Below, one piece after another: positions 1 through 16,619 of a DNA stretch of 64,000 bases. Under the pieces are notes generated by a model. It was given only the letters and a program-made list of their open reading frames with translations, did not search any database and had not been told where the DNA came from. The DNA is taken from assembly GCA_951406725.2 (NCBI GenBank), contig OX597815.1, forward strand, positions 151,094,001-151,158,000, read 5' to 3'. Position 1 is the first letter of the stretch. Every line of letters begins with the position of its first letter. A program made the translations under genes and the position numbers. The DNA comes from Octopus vulgaris (taxonomy: Eukaryota).

Positions 1-81
1 CCGATATATATACACACACACACACACACATACATACATACACACACACGCAAACATATATGTATTTTTTTCTCTCTCTCT

Positions 82-126
82 CTAGTTTGAGCTCAGAGCT
101 GCGGCCATGCTGGTGCTCCGCCGTTT
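82..126 (-). mobile_element. Isolated LINE/SINE 3'-tail fragment
   Basis: Minus strand reads GGCGGAGCACCAGCATGGCCGCAGCTCTGAGCTCAAACTAGA, the same tail motif as the LINE at 2882-4410. Confidence 0.6.
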
Positions 127-147
127 TGCTACACAGAGAGAGAGGGG

Positions 148-228
<81 letters not shown>
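148..228. repeat. (GATA)n microsatellite
   Basis: Direct reading. Confidence 0.97.
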
Positions 229-229
<1 letters not shown>

Positions 230-539
230 ACAGATATATTAGACGCCATAAGAATTTCACAAACTTGAAGTAATTCCTTTTTGAGATGTCTCCAAGCAGG
301 CACGTAAAGCTCCAAGATATTCGGAGAAAATATCAGTACATATGTACCTATACAGAGATATTTATACATTTGTCGTAAGTCGATTCTCTAACCGTTTGCA
401 ATCTCTCCCTCCTCCCTCCCTCCCTCTCTCTCTCCCTCCCCCCTCTCTCTCTCTCTCCTCACATTTTCCAACATACATTGTTAAAACATATTCTGTTCTT
501 TGATTAATCTTCTAGCTAAATCTAAATATGTACGCAATG

Positions 540-543
<4 letters not shown>

Positions 544-609
<66 letters not shown>
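544..609. repeat. (GT)n microsatellite
   Basis: Direct reading. Confidence 0.97.
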
Positions 610-614
<5 letters not shown>

Positions 615-629
615 ACGCGTGTATCTTCT

Positions 630-780
630 ATCTTTTACTCGCTTCAGTCATTAGACTGTGGCCACGTTAGGGGCACTGCCTTGAAGAACTTTTAGTCGAA
701 CAAATTGACCCTAGTACTTATTTTTATGGGGTCGTAACCACACCAACACCGGTTGTCAAGCGAAGGGGGCAAAAAAACAC
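630..780 (-). mobile_element. SINE family A, 3' fragment
   Basis: Matches the tail of the copies at 32120-32525 and 47895-48300 (CAGTCATT..GACTGTGGCCA; CGGTTGTCAAGCG). Confidence 0.7.
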
Positions 781-908
781 CAACACACTACAATTGTTTC
801 TTGTTTATCTACATATTTCATGTTGTTCACACAGTTGTTGACGTCCTGTACCCATATATGCATATATATAGCATATATAGTATTTTCATTGTATTTTTCC
901 GATGGCCG

Positions 909-969
909 GATAACTGAAGAGATGGTGGCGTGGATTTCCACCTCGGCATCTGAAACTCGGAGTTTTATC
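909..969 (+). ncRNA. Minimal type-I hammerhead ribozyme motif
   Basis: Stem I GATAA/TTATC; CTGAAGA at 914-920; stem II GATG/CATC plus an extra T; GAAA at 952-955; palindromic stem III CTC-G-GAG; GUU site. Confidence 0.65.
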
Positions 970-1002
970 ATGGCTACCGAATAATTGTCACATAACATTT
1001 AC

Positions 1003-1046
<44 letters not shown>

Positions 1047-1053
<7 letters not shown>

Positions 1054-1169
1054 CAAAGGGTAATCAGAAATATTTCTATTACCAGTGAGCTAGGGTGTAA
1101 AAAAATTTTAACATCCTAGGCCTTTGGTAATGGAAATTTTAAATATTTCTGCTTACTCTTTGATATTAT
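1047..1169. repeat. ~120 bp imperfect hairpin directly after (TA)n
   Basis: AATATCAAAGGGTAATCAGAAATATTT pairs with AAATATTTCTGCTTACTCTTTGATATT (2 mismatches); inner stems TTACCA/TGGTAA and CTAGGGTGT/ACATCCTAG. Confidence 0.85.
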
Positions 1170-1321
1170 TAATTATTGATAATTTTTCTGGATAGTTTTC
1201 GAATCGAAAGCCGGCATTTTACATACTGCCAACAAGGAGCTGCGCTTGGGCGACAGATTTGAAAAATTAGAATGTATAAGCACTGGATTGCCTCGTATAT
1301 ATATATTTAATCTAAGGTGTA

Positions 1322-1393
1322 CCTGCTGAAGAAGACTTCGCCTAGCAAATAATTTTATTTGCTAAAAAAAACGTCTGAAACCATTGATCCAGG
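1322..1393 (+). ncRNA. Hammerhead ribozyme motif (stem III mismatched)
   Basis: Stem I CCTG/CAGG; CTGAAGA at 1326-1332; stem II AGAC/GTCT enclosing a TAGCAAATA/TATTTGCTA hairpin; GAAA-CCATTGA-TC. Confidence 0.65.
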
Positions 1394-1525
1394 AGTTAGA
1401 TGTTATATGTTTTTATTTTTCATTCCCTTCGAAATGTTATCCCTAATAGTGGTTTGGAATTTAACTGTCCTCTCTAGCGTGCAAGGAATCCTATGATGGA
1501 TGCCTTTTATGTGTTTAAATGTACA

Positions 1526-1561
<36 letters not shown>

Positions 1562-1731
1562 GGAATTTTCCGTGTATATTTGTCCTGTACTCTATTTTTT
1601 TGTTGTTTAAGAAAAATGTCCAGTTCTTTGGTTTTGTGTTTATGTTTTCGTTTCTCATTGTGTTCGACGTTTTTTTGGTGTCTTGTACCCATATATGCGT
1701 GTATATATACATGTAGAGGTAGGTACGTACA

Positions 1732-1781
<50 letters not shown>

Positions 1782-1813
1782 TATGTTTTATTTATTAATA
1801 TATTATATATACA

Positions 1814-2180
1814 CAGGAGGCGCAATGGCCCAGTGGTTAGGGCAGCGGACTCGCGGTCGTAGGATCGCGGTTTCGATTCCCAGACCGGGCGTTGTGTGTG
1901 TTTATTGAGCGAAAACACCTAAAGCTCCACGAGGCTCCGGCAGGGATGATGATGATCCCTGCTGTACTCTTTCACCACAACTTTCAAAGTTCTTACTATT
2001 TCAAAGGGCCGGCCTTGTCACTCTCTGTGTCACGCTGAATATTCCCGAGAACTGCGTTAAGGGTGCACGTGTCTGTGGAGTGCTCAGCCACTTACACGTT
2101 AATTTCACGAGCAGGCTGTTCCGTTGATCGAATCAACCGGAACCCTCATCGTCGTAACCGACGGAGTGCTTCCACACCAC
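1814..2180 (+). mobile_element. tRNA-derived SINE (family D), CpG-rich
   Basis: A box TGGCCCAGTGG and B box GGTTTCGATTCC followed by a ~290 bp non-tRNA body; a related 3' part occurs near 51170-51250. Confidence 0.8.
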
Positions 2181-2422
2181 ACATACATATATAAACTATC
2201 AATTATTTCTCCTATATTGAAAAGAATGAAGTCTCTATAGGGTGGCCTAGATTTTCGGAAGTGAAAAGTACTAAGAATGGTCCGACTAGCCAATCACAAA
2301 CATTGGTATATAATCACACGAATGATAACCAGATCTATCAATCGATAATAGTGTAAAACTGGCGCAGATACCATATCCTCACGAAAATTTTTTTATTAAA
2401 ACAAATTTTTTGCAAACAGGCC

Positions 2423-2501
2423 TATATATATATATATATATATACATATATATACATATATATATATATACATATATATACATATATATATATATATATA
2501 C

Positions 2502-2556
<55 letters not shown>

Positions 2557-2707
2557 CATATATATACATATATATACATATATATATATACATATATATA
2601 CATATATATATATATACATATATATACATATATATATATATACATATATATACATATATATATATATATACATATATATACATATATATATATATACATA
2701 TATATAC

Positions 2708-2738
<31 letters not shown>

Positions 2739-2783
2739 CACATATAAATACATATATATATATATATACATATATATACATAT

Positions 2784-2881
<98 letters not shown>
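2423..2881. repeat. (TA)n/(TATACA)n compound microsatellite
   Basis: Direct reading. Confidence 0.97.
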
Positions 2882-4408
2882 GATTGATTGATTGATTGAT
2901 TCCAGTTTCAGCTCATGAGCTGTGGCCATGCTGGGGCACCGCCATTTGGTGTTGCTACTTGGTTTCACTTCATGGAGGCTTTCTAGCAACTGCTATTTGG
3001 TGCATGAGAGAGTTCGATGCAGCTGCCCTCATCTGCCCCTCCTGCCGTGAAGTTGGTTCATCTGGGACACCTGACAGGAAGAGATCCAGCTTCATTTTAA
3101 AGACATCTGTATCCACCCCATGCAGGTCTCTCAGGTTCTTCGGGAGGATATTGAAGAGCTGTGGGCCTCGGAAGCCCAGGCTATCACAGAATCTTGTCCT
3201 ACATCTTGATGGCAGGTTTGGAGTCCTTGGCACCACGCAGTGGCGCCCAGTTCTGGCATTTGCGTAACTCTCGATGCCAAAGTTCAGGACACTTCCCTCC
3301 AGGATCTTCCAGATGTATATTATGGCATATCTTTCCCGCCTACGCTCCAGAGAATATAATTTTAATCTCTTGAGTCTTTCCCAGTAGCTTACATTCTGCA
3401 TAGAGGCTATCTTCTTTGTGTAGCTTCGTTGGATCGCCTCAAGTTCTGTGATCAACTTGACACTGGATGGTGACCATAGCTGAGAGCAATAGTCAAAGTG
3501 GCTTAGGACAAGTGTCTTCCAGAGGACCATCATGGTTTTTTGTTCTCTTGTTCTAAAGGTTCTAAGAATCCATCCAGCCAGCCGTCTACATTTCATTGCC
3601 AGTTTAGCAACATGTACATGAAAGGTCGCGTCATCACTCATGTGAATACCCAGGTCACGCACTGATTGTGCCTCTGGGATTGCAATCCCTCCGGGTCCAG
3701 TGTATTCATTGGGTATTGCATTCAGTTTTGCATGCTGATAGTATAAAGCTTGAAACTTTCCAGCATTGAACTGCATGCTATTCTTTTCAGCCCACTTGTA
3801 TATTTCGTCTAGCTCACATTGCAGGTGTTTAGTGTCCTCAGGGTTCTGTATTGCCTGTGAAACTTTTGTATCATCTGCATAACTTGTGATCGTGCCTCTC
3901 TGCATGGCTGAGGGCATGTCTGAGAGGGCCATTATGAACAGTAGTGGTCCCAGAACAGTGCCCTGCGGAACACCGCTCACTATTTGTGTGTTAATGGAGG
4001 TGGCCCCATTGGCTACTACCACCTGACTTCTATCCTTCAGAAAGTCATGAAGCCATTTTCCCAGTTTTCCAACTATGTTGAGATCACGCAGTTTGTGACA
4101 TATCATTCCATGATCGACTTTATCAAAGGCCTTTGCAAAGTCGAGATATATCACTTCCACATTTGAGTGGTTGAGCAGCCGTTTCAGCACCCAGTCATAG
4201 TGTTGTAGGAGCTGAGTTAAACAGCTTCTCCCTGGTCGGAAACCATGTTGGGTGTCGGGCAGCAAGTCATTTTCTTCAAGGAAGGTGATCAGCTTCCTTC
4301 TGACTATTCGGTCCATGACCTTGCTGATGTGTGAGGTCAGAGAGATAGGTCTATAGTTCTTGGCTTCCGCTCTGCTACCTCCTTTATGAATGGGGCATAT
4401 TTTACCTT

Positions 4409-4410
<2 letters not shown>
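2882..4410 (-). mobile_element. 5'-truncated CR1-group LINE, copy A (RT + C-terminus + 3'UTR, (TCAA)n tail)
   Basis: Open frame 2970-4410 with [46 protein letters not shown] and SLERRRERY; tail abuts the TA array. Confidence 0.95.
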
Positions 4411-4493
<83 letters not shown>

Positions 4494-4616
4494 TATACAT
4501 ATATATATATATACATATATGTATATATATATACATATATATACATATATATATATACATACATATATATATATACATATATATACATATATATATACAT
4601 ACATATATATATATAC

Positions 4617-4647
<31 letters not shown>

Positions 4648-4648
4648 C

Positions 4649-4685
<37 letters not shown>

Positions 4686-4786
4686 CATATATACATATAT
4701 ATATATACATATATATACATATATATATACATATATGTATATATATATATACATATATATACATATATATATATACATATATATAC

Positions 4787-4817
<31 letters not shown>

Positions 4818-4838
4818 CATATATATACATATATATAC

Positions 4839-4869
<31 letters not shown>

Positions 4870-5048
4870 CATATATATACGTATATATATATACATATAT
4901 ATATACATATATATATATACATATATATATATACATATATATATACATATATATATACATATATATATATACATATATATATATACATATATATATATAC
5001 ATATATATATATACATATATATATATACATATATATACATATATATAC

Positions 5049-5111
<63 letters not shown>

Positions 5112-5268
5112 TATACATATATATATATACATATATATATATATACATATATATACATATATATACATATATATATATACATATATATACATATATATAT
5201 ATATACATATATATACATATATACATATATATACATATATATATATATATACATATATACATATATAC
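4411..5268. repeat. (TA)n/(TATACA)n compound microsatellite
   Basis: Direct reading. Confidence 0.97.
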
Positions 5269-5371
5269 CGGAGTAAACACATAAATGTGAAACAAGGTGG
5301 AAAAAAGAGTACTCAAATACCAGTGGTAGAGTAATATGCTTTATTTTAAGCAGCAGAAAATTCAACAAAAT

Positions 5372-5409
5372 CTGTTACTCTGAGTTTCTCGTTGCCGTTC
5401 ATCAGACAG
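5372..5409 (-). ncRNA. Minimal hammerhead ribozyme motif (left arm)
   Basis: CTGT-CTGATGA-ACGGCAACGA-GAAA-CTCAGAG-TA-ACAG on the minus strand. Confidence 0.75.
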
Positions 5410-7320
5410 TTTTTGCTAGAATGGAACATATATATTAATTCAATCTATACTCTTACAAACGCTACACCTTTAAAAAGAAATGGACTTGTTTGATTGGCCC
5501 TTTAGAAAAAACGGTCAATCTTCGAGCGATAAACAAAAAGGTCAAAAATATATGTATATATATATAAAAACTTATAAAATTATAAAATCCGAGGAAAATA
5601 CCGAGGAAAAAACCTGTTGCCGTTAATGAAGACAGTACAAATTAATGCATAGAAATTAAACCTGTTATAAATACTGCAATACATATTTATATTAAAATCC
5701 ACATATATATATCAACATACACAAAAGGATGCGCGTAAACGCCATACATACATATACAGACGTATGAATATGAATCTAAATTATACACATAAAAGCATGT
5801 GTACATATATTCACGCAAACCGTCTCGCACGCAAGCTAAAATTCATCTATGTAGCAATTCTCATATACTGAGCAAGGAGGGGGAACGAAAGAAAGGGAAA
5901 GAGAGAAAAAGGAACGGAGGAGGGGTGGGGAAAAAACTTGTAGCGATGTTATTTGGCATCTATAGAGGCCAGTATACATACACAAGTTTGAATTGATACA
6001 TATACATACCGTCGTGTATATGTGTGCTTAAGCACAAGCATACTCTCACTTACACATACACAGATACGCATGCTTACAAATACATATGCTTTGCTATACA
6101 CAAACTTATATAAACATTCTAAATTTGACAACATTGCTTTTTTTATAAAAAAACATTGCTTTTAAAAAATGGGTGCATTAATAAAAATATATACGAAAGA
6201 CCTATAAAATAAAATATAACATCCTATTTTGGGTCATTTATAAATAATCAAGGTAATATAAATAATCAAGGTAATCTTATGCAATACAATAACATGAAAA
6301 CAAAGTTTGTAGGTTTTTCCTAATATATATGTAGAAACAATAAGACTTTGACTCTTGAGCGCTACAACGGACCTATAGCAAAGTCTTATTGTTTCTACAT
6401 ATATATTAGGAAAAACCTGCAAACTTTGTTTTCATGTTATTGTATTGCATAAGATTACCTTGATTATTTATATTACCTTGATTATTTATAAATGACCCAA
6501 AATAGGATGTTATATTTTATTTTATAGGTCTTTCGTATATATTTTTATTAATGCACCCATTTTTTAAAAGCAATGTTTTTTTATAAAAAAAGCAATGTTG
6601 TCAAATTTAGAATGTTTATATAAGTTTGTGTATAGCAAAGCATATGTATTTGTAAGCATGCGTATCTGTGTATGTGTAAGTGAGAGTATGCTTGTGCTTA
6701 AGCACACATATACACGACGGTATGTATATGTATCAATTCAAACTTGTGTATGTATACTGGCCTCTATAGATGCCAAATAACATCGCTACAAGTTTTTTCC
6801 CCACCCCTCCTCCGTTCCTTTTTCTCTCTTTCCCTTTCTTTCGTTCCCCCTCCTTGCTCAGTATATGAGAATTGCTACATAGATGAATTTTAGCTTGCGT
6901 GCGAGACGGTTTGCGTGAATATATGTACACATGCTTTTATGTGTATAATTTAGATTCATATTCATACGTCTGTATATGTATGTATGGCGTTTACGCGCAT
7001 CCTTTTGTGTATGTTGATATATATATGTGGATTTTAATATAAATATGTATTGCAGTATTTATAACAGGTTTAATTTCTATGCATTAATTTGTACTGTCTT
7101 CATTAACGGCAACAGGTTTTTTCCTCGGTATTTTCCTCGGATTTTATAATTTTTATAAGTTTTTATATATATATACATATATTTTTGACCTTTTTGTTTA
7201 TCGCTCGAAGATTGACCGTTTTTTCTAAAGGGCCAATCAAACAAGTCCATTTCTTTTTAAAGGTGTAGCGTTTGTAAGAGTATAGATTGAATTAATATAT
7301 ATGTTCCATTCTAGCAAAAA

Positions 7321-7358
7321 CTGTCTGATGAACGGCAACGAGAAACTCAGAGTAACAG
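7321..7358 (+). ncRNA. Minimal hammerhead ribozyme motif (right arm)
   Basis: Stem I CTGT/ACAG; CTGATGA; short stem II CG-GCAA-CG; GAAA; palindromic stem III CTC-A-GAG; GUA site. Confidence 0.75.
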
Positions 7359-7391
7359 ATTTTGTTGAATTTTCTGCTGCTTAAAATAAAG

Positions 7392-7398
7392 TATATAC

Positions 7399-7471
<73 letters not shown>

Positions 7472-7500
7472 CATATATATATATACATATATATATATAC

Positions 7501-7581
<81 letters not shown>

Positions 7582-7768
7582 TATACATATATATATACAT
7601 ATATATACATATATATATATATACATATATATACATATACATATATATACATATATATATATATACATATATATACATATATATATATATACATATATAT
7701 ACATATATATACATATATACATATATATACATATATATATATATACATATATACATATATATACATAT
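7392..7768. repeat. (TA)n/(TATACA)n compound microsatellite
   Basis: Direct reading. Confidence 0.97.
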
Positions 7769-9463
7769 GATTGATTGATTGATTGATTGATTGATTCCAG
7801 TTCCAGCCTATGAGCTGTGGCCATGCTGGGGCACCGCCATTTGGTGTTGCTACTTGGTTTTACTTCATGGGGGCTTTCTAGCAACTGCTATTTGGTGCAT
7901 GAGAGAGTTCGATGCAGCTGCCCTCATCTGCCCCTCCTGCCGTGAAGTTGGTTCATCTGGGACACCTGACAGGAAGAGATCCAGCTTCATTTTAAAGACA
8001 TCTGTATCCACCCCATGCAGGTCTCTCAGGTTCTTCGGGAGGATATTGAAGAGCTGTGGGCCTCGGAAGCCCAGGCTATCACAGAATCTTGTCCTACATC
8101 TTGATGGCAGGTTTGGAGTCCTAGGCACCACGCAGTGGCGCCCAGTTCTGGCATTTGTGTAACTCTCGATGCCAAAGTTCAGGACACTTCCCTCCAGGAT
8201 CTTCCAGATGTATATTATGGCATATCTTTCCCGCCTACGCTCCAGGGAGTATAATTTTAATCTCTTGAGTCTTTCCCAGTAGCTTACATTCTGCATAGAG
8301 GCTATCTTCTTTGTGTAGCTTCGTTGGATCGCCTCAAGTTCTGTGATCAACTTGACACTGGATGGTGACCATAGCTGAGAGCAATAGTCAAAGTGGCCCA
8401 GGACAAGTGTCTTCCAGAGGACCATCATGGTTTCTTGTTCTCTTGTTCTAAAGGTTCTAAGAATCCAGCCAGCCAGCCGTCTACATTTCACTGTCAGTTT
8501 AGCAACATGTACATGAAAGGTCGCGTCATCACTCATGTGAATACCCAGGTCACGCACTGATTGTGCCTCTGGGATTGCAATCCCTCCGGGTCCAGTGTAT
8601 TCATTGGGTATTGCATTCAGTTTTGCATGCTGATAGTATAAAGCTTGAAACTTTCCAGCATTGAACTGCATGCTATTCTTTTCAGCCCACTTGTATATTT
8701 CGTCCAGCTCACATTGCAGGTTTTTAGTGTCCTCAGGGTTCTGTATTGCCTGTGAAACTTTTGTATCATCTGCATAACTTGTGATCGTGGATCTCTGCGT
8801 GGCTGAGGGCATGTCTGAGAGGGCCATTATGAACAGTAGTGGTCCCAAAACAGTGCCCTGTGGAACACCACTCATTATTTGCGTGTTAATGGAAGTGGCC
8901 CCATTGGCTACTACCACCTGACTTCTATTCTTCAGAAAGTCGTGAAGCCATTCTCCTAGTTTTCCAACTATGCCAAGATCACGCAGCCTGTGACATATCA
9001 TTCCGTGATCGACTTTATCGAAGGCCTTTGCGAAGTCGAGATATATGACTTCCACATTTGAGTGGTTGAGCAGTTGTTTCAGCACCCAGTCATAGTGCTG
9101 CAGGAGCTGAGTTAAGCAGCTTCTTCCTGGTCGGAAACCATGTTGGGTGTCAGGCAGCAAGTCATTTTCTTCAAGGAAGGTGATTAGTTTCCTTCTGACT
9201 ATTCGTTCCATGACCTTGCTGATGTGTGAGGTCAGAGAGATAGGTCTGTAGTTCTTTGCCTCCGCTCTGCTACCTCCTTTATGAATAGGGCATATTTTAC
9301 CTTCCTTCAGTCCCCTTGGAAGTTTGCCAGCTGCAAGGAAGCTCTGAAAGAGGGACTGCAGTGGTCTTGCTAAGACTCTCTTACATACTTTTAGGAGGAT
9401 TGCCGGGAATCCATCGGGGCCAGTAGCTGAGTCTATTTTCATTTCATCTATAGCCTTTATTAC
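7769..9463 (-). mobile_element. 5'-truncated CR1-group LINE, copy B (same family as copy A)
   Basis: Open frame 7865-9463 from [18 protein letters not shown] through the RT motifs to ARKPP*; (TCAA)n tail; about 15 amino-acid differences from copy A. Confidence 0.95.
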
Positions 9464-12827
<3,364 letters not shown>

Positions 12828-13020
12828 GTTTTTATATCATTGGTGTGTTTTAGCGTGTGTAAGATTTTCGAAGATACAAAGAGAAAGCTGTTAGAAAATT
12901 AAAAAAACCAGTTTGTGTTGATAAAGATACAGTAGCATTCTGGTTTTAGTTTCTTAAGTAGTATTTGAGTTGGTAAAATAAATTTCATAAATCATTGTCA
13001 GTTACTACCAAAAAACCTTC

Positions 13021-14524
13021 TGTCCCAGTCTGTTGTCCCAGTTTTCAAAAAGGGAAACAAGTCCCTTGCAGTGAATTACCGTCCGATCTCACTCACCTCT
13101 CATATCATCAAGGTATTTGAGAGGGTGGTGAGATCTCAAATAACCCAATTTCTGGAAAGCAACAGACGGCTGATCTCCAACCAACATGGGTTCCGTAATG
13201 GAAGGGACTGCCTAACGCAGCTCCTGCATCACTTTGAGGACATTTTGAGAGCTTTGGGAGAGGGCTCCAACACCGATGTCATCTACCTTGATTTCAGTAA
13301 GGCCTTCGACAGGGTCGATCACAAGATCCTATTGAAAAAACTATCCAACATTGGTGTCTCTGGAAAGTTACTGAAATGGATTAAGTGTTTCCTGACAGAC
13401 AGATCTCAACATGTTGTAGTTGAAGGGTTAAAATCAAGCCCAGCCAAAGTCAGTAGTGGCGTTCCGCAAGGCACTGTGCTGGGCCCACTTCTTTTCATCA
13501 TTTTCATCATTTACATTAATGACATTAATGACATCATCAAGCACAGCAACATAAAAATCTTTGCAGATGACTCCAAGCTACAGAAGGTCATAAATGAGGC
13601 GAGTGACCGGACATGCCTTCAGTCAGATCTACTGGCTGTTATCCAATGGGCAGAAAAAAACAATATGCTGCTGAACGAGGATAAATTTGAGCTAATCCAC
13701 TTTGGAAAAGAGGATGCCCTGAAACTCCCATACTCCCTTCCTTCAGGTGAAACTCTCGCGGCGTCCAACAACATCAGAGACTTGGGAGTAATTGTGGACA
13801 ACAACGTAAGCTGGGCCACTCATATAAACACCAAAGTTGACATGGCCCGCAGAATGTGTTCCTGGATTCTCAGAACTTTCCAGTCGAGAGATATCCACAC
13901 CATTATCCTTCTCTTCTCCACTTTTGCCCGACCCCACCTTGAATACTGTTGTCCACTGTGGTCTCCCCACACAATACAAGGTATCAAAAAAGTCGAAGCA
14001 CCTCAAAGGGCAATCACAAAAAAGATAGATGGCATGACAGGCCTCGACTATTGGGGTCGACTAGAAAAGCTAAAACTCTATTCTCTCCAACGTCGTCGTG
14101 AGCGCTACATCATCTGCATGATGTGGAAAATATTCCATCAGCATTGCCCAAATGATGTTGGCATCACCTTTAAGGTACATCCAAGGCTTGGGCCCCGTGC
14201 CATCCGCCCAAAACAAAAATCGCACTCTCATCTCATAACAACAATACGGCACAATTATTTCACCTCAATTGGCCCCGCTCTCTTTAACATTACACCAAAA
14301 CACATTAAAACAGAAACTGACCCTATAGGGTTCAAGAAGTCTTTGGACAGATTCCTTCAAGAAATCCCGGATAAACCCCCTACACCCGGATATGCCTCTG
14401 TAAACAATAACTCTCTACTTGAGTGGGCCATAGTGCCCAAATTCTGAGACTTGAAAGACTTCACCAGGTGGTGCTATTAAGTTAGACATGGCCTGGGCCA
14501 ATAATGGCCGAAACCTATCAAAGT
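13021..14524 (+). mobile_element. 5'-truncated CR1-group LINE, second family (copy C)
   Basis: ORF 13071-14447 with [35 protein letters not shown] and SLQRRRERY; in-frame 9 bp duplication (FIIFII); short 3'UTR ending at a TA array. Confidence 0.93.
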
Positions 14525-14558
14525 ATATACATATATATATATACATACATATATATAT

Positions 14559-14625
<67 letters not shown>

Positions 14626-14669
14626 CATATATATATACATACATACATATATATACATATATATATATC

Positions 14670-14981
14670 TTTAAGACCCGTTGGTACGCCCACACACACT
14701 CTTTCCGGCGACCTGATAAATCCAACCAAACTACCCTCGCCGCCCACATCTGGTACCTTAAAAGGAACTCCACCCCCTTCAAGACCAAGTGGAAACTACT
14801 ACAGAAGGCGCGTTCGTACACAGGAGGCCATACCTGCTGTGACCTTTGCATTTCGGAGAGCCTAGAGATCTTGTTCGCCAAAGGCCCTCTCCTTAACAAG
14901 ATCTCAGAACACTCCCCAAATTGCATGCATAAGAATTATGCAAACTACAAGAACTATAGACCTACCCGACAACCAGATTGA
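14670..14981 (+). mobile_element. Penelope-like element GIY-YIG endonuclease C-terminal fragment
   Basis: Manual translation: [89 protein letters not shown]...*. Fits the FKxR..H..SF / HIWxLK / CxLCxxE / LLN..E..CxH pattern; absent from the ORF track. Confidence 0.8.
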
Positions 14982-15064
14982 TGACACCCCACCCACAAAC
15001 ACCCCCAATCCCACCGTTCCCCTAGCACCCCCGATTACCTTTTCTCCTAAGACCTTTCACATAT

Positions 15065-15958
<894 letters not shown>

Positions 15959-16619
15959 CAAGATGGCGCTGAACTAACAACAAGTGTGTTAACGTGTCTC
16001 CTCCTAAATATTAAAGAAGTCCTTCCAGAGATCGATGTTATCAGAAGCGAAATTGTCTGCAAAGCGAATATAAGTGATAGTACAACAAGTCACTGTATTT
16101 GAGAAGAATATTTTCGCTTTTGATGTAGTATTTGCAACTAGAACATACTCGCGTGTTAAAACGCACGTGTGTTACTTCCCGAAATCGAAGTGAATTTTAT
16201 TCTTCGTCTGTGAATCAACAAGACACAGTATTTTTGAGAAGGATATTTTCGTTTTGATGTATATCTGCGTGTCCTGAAAAAAGCCTCTGAAAAAATTTGC
16301 TGCTTAATACCAAATCGCTTAGGAAAATATAGAAAGTATCGTGAAACTGTTGCATGTGCTAAATCGAAACTCAAACCCCTTTTGTTTACAAAGTGCGCTT
16401 GGGGAGGAATATAAAAGGTCTGTCTTGTCTATCTATCTTCCTTTCTTATAAAAAGGAATCACGTAAGTACTCTCTGTCAGCCGGTAAGGTAAGATATTAT
16501 TTATCTTGTTATCATTAGTGTTCTTTCAAACAGAAAATAATTAAAAAAAAATAAAAAAAAAAAAGATATAAAGATATAAAAATACGCGGTATTCTATCTT
16601 TATAATCTTTATAATTTCG

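Larger units (their letters stand above)
5269..7391. mobile_element. Non-coding Penelope-like pLTR pair forming a 2 kb palindrome
   Basis: Arms 5339-6350 and 6379-7391 with a 28 bp spacer; left copy extends ~70 bp further (5269-5338); identical mirror ORFs in the track (5799-5996+ / 6733-6930-); an HHR in each arm; flanked by TA arrays. Confidence 0.8.

Noticed and set aside
1816-1890. Possible tRNA genes here and at other A/B-box sites
   Set aside because: No complete acceptor stem, and each continues into a repeat body, so these are SINE heads.
2190-2422. TA-flanked unique inserts here and at 12828-13020
   Set aside because: Probably element fragments, but no HHR, ORF or terminal motif could be identified.
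2423-9463. Whole region as a read foldback or tandem-duplication artefact
   Set aside because: Only 5339-7391 is inverted; the flanking LINEs are in the same orientation, diverged and differently truncated. Read-level confirmation is still desirable.
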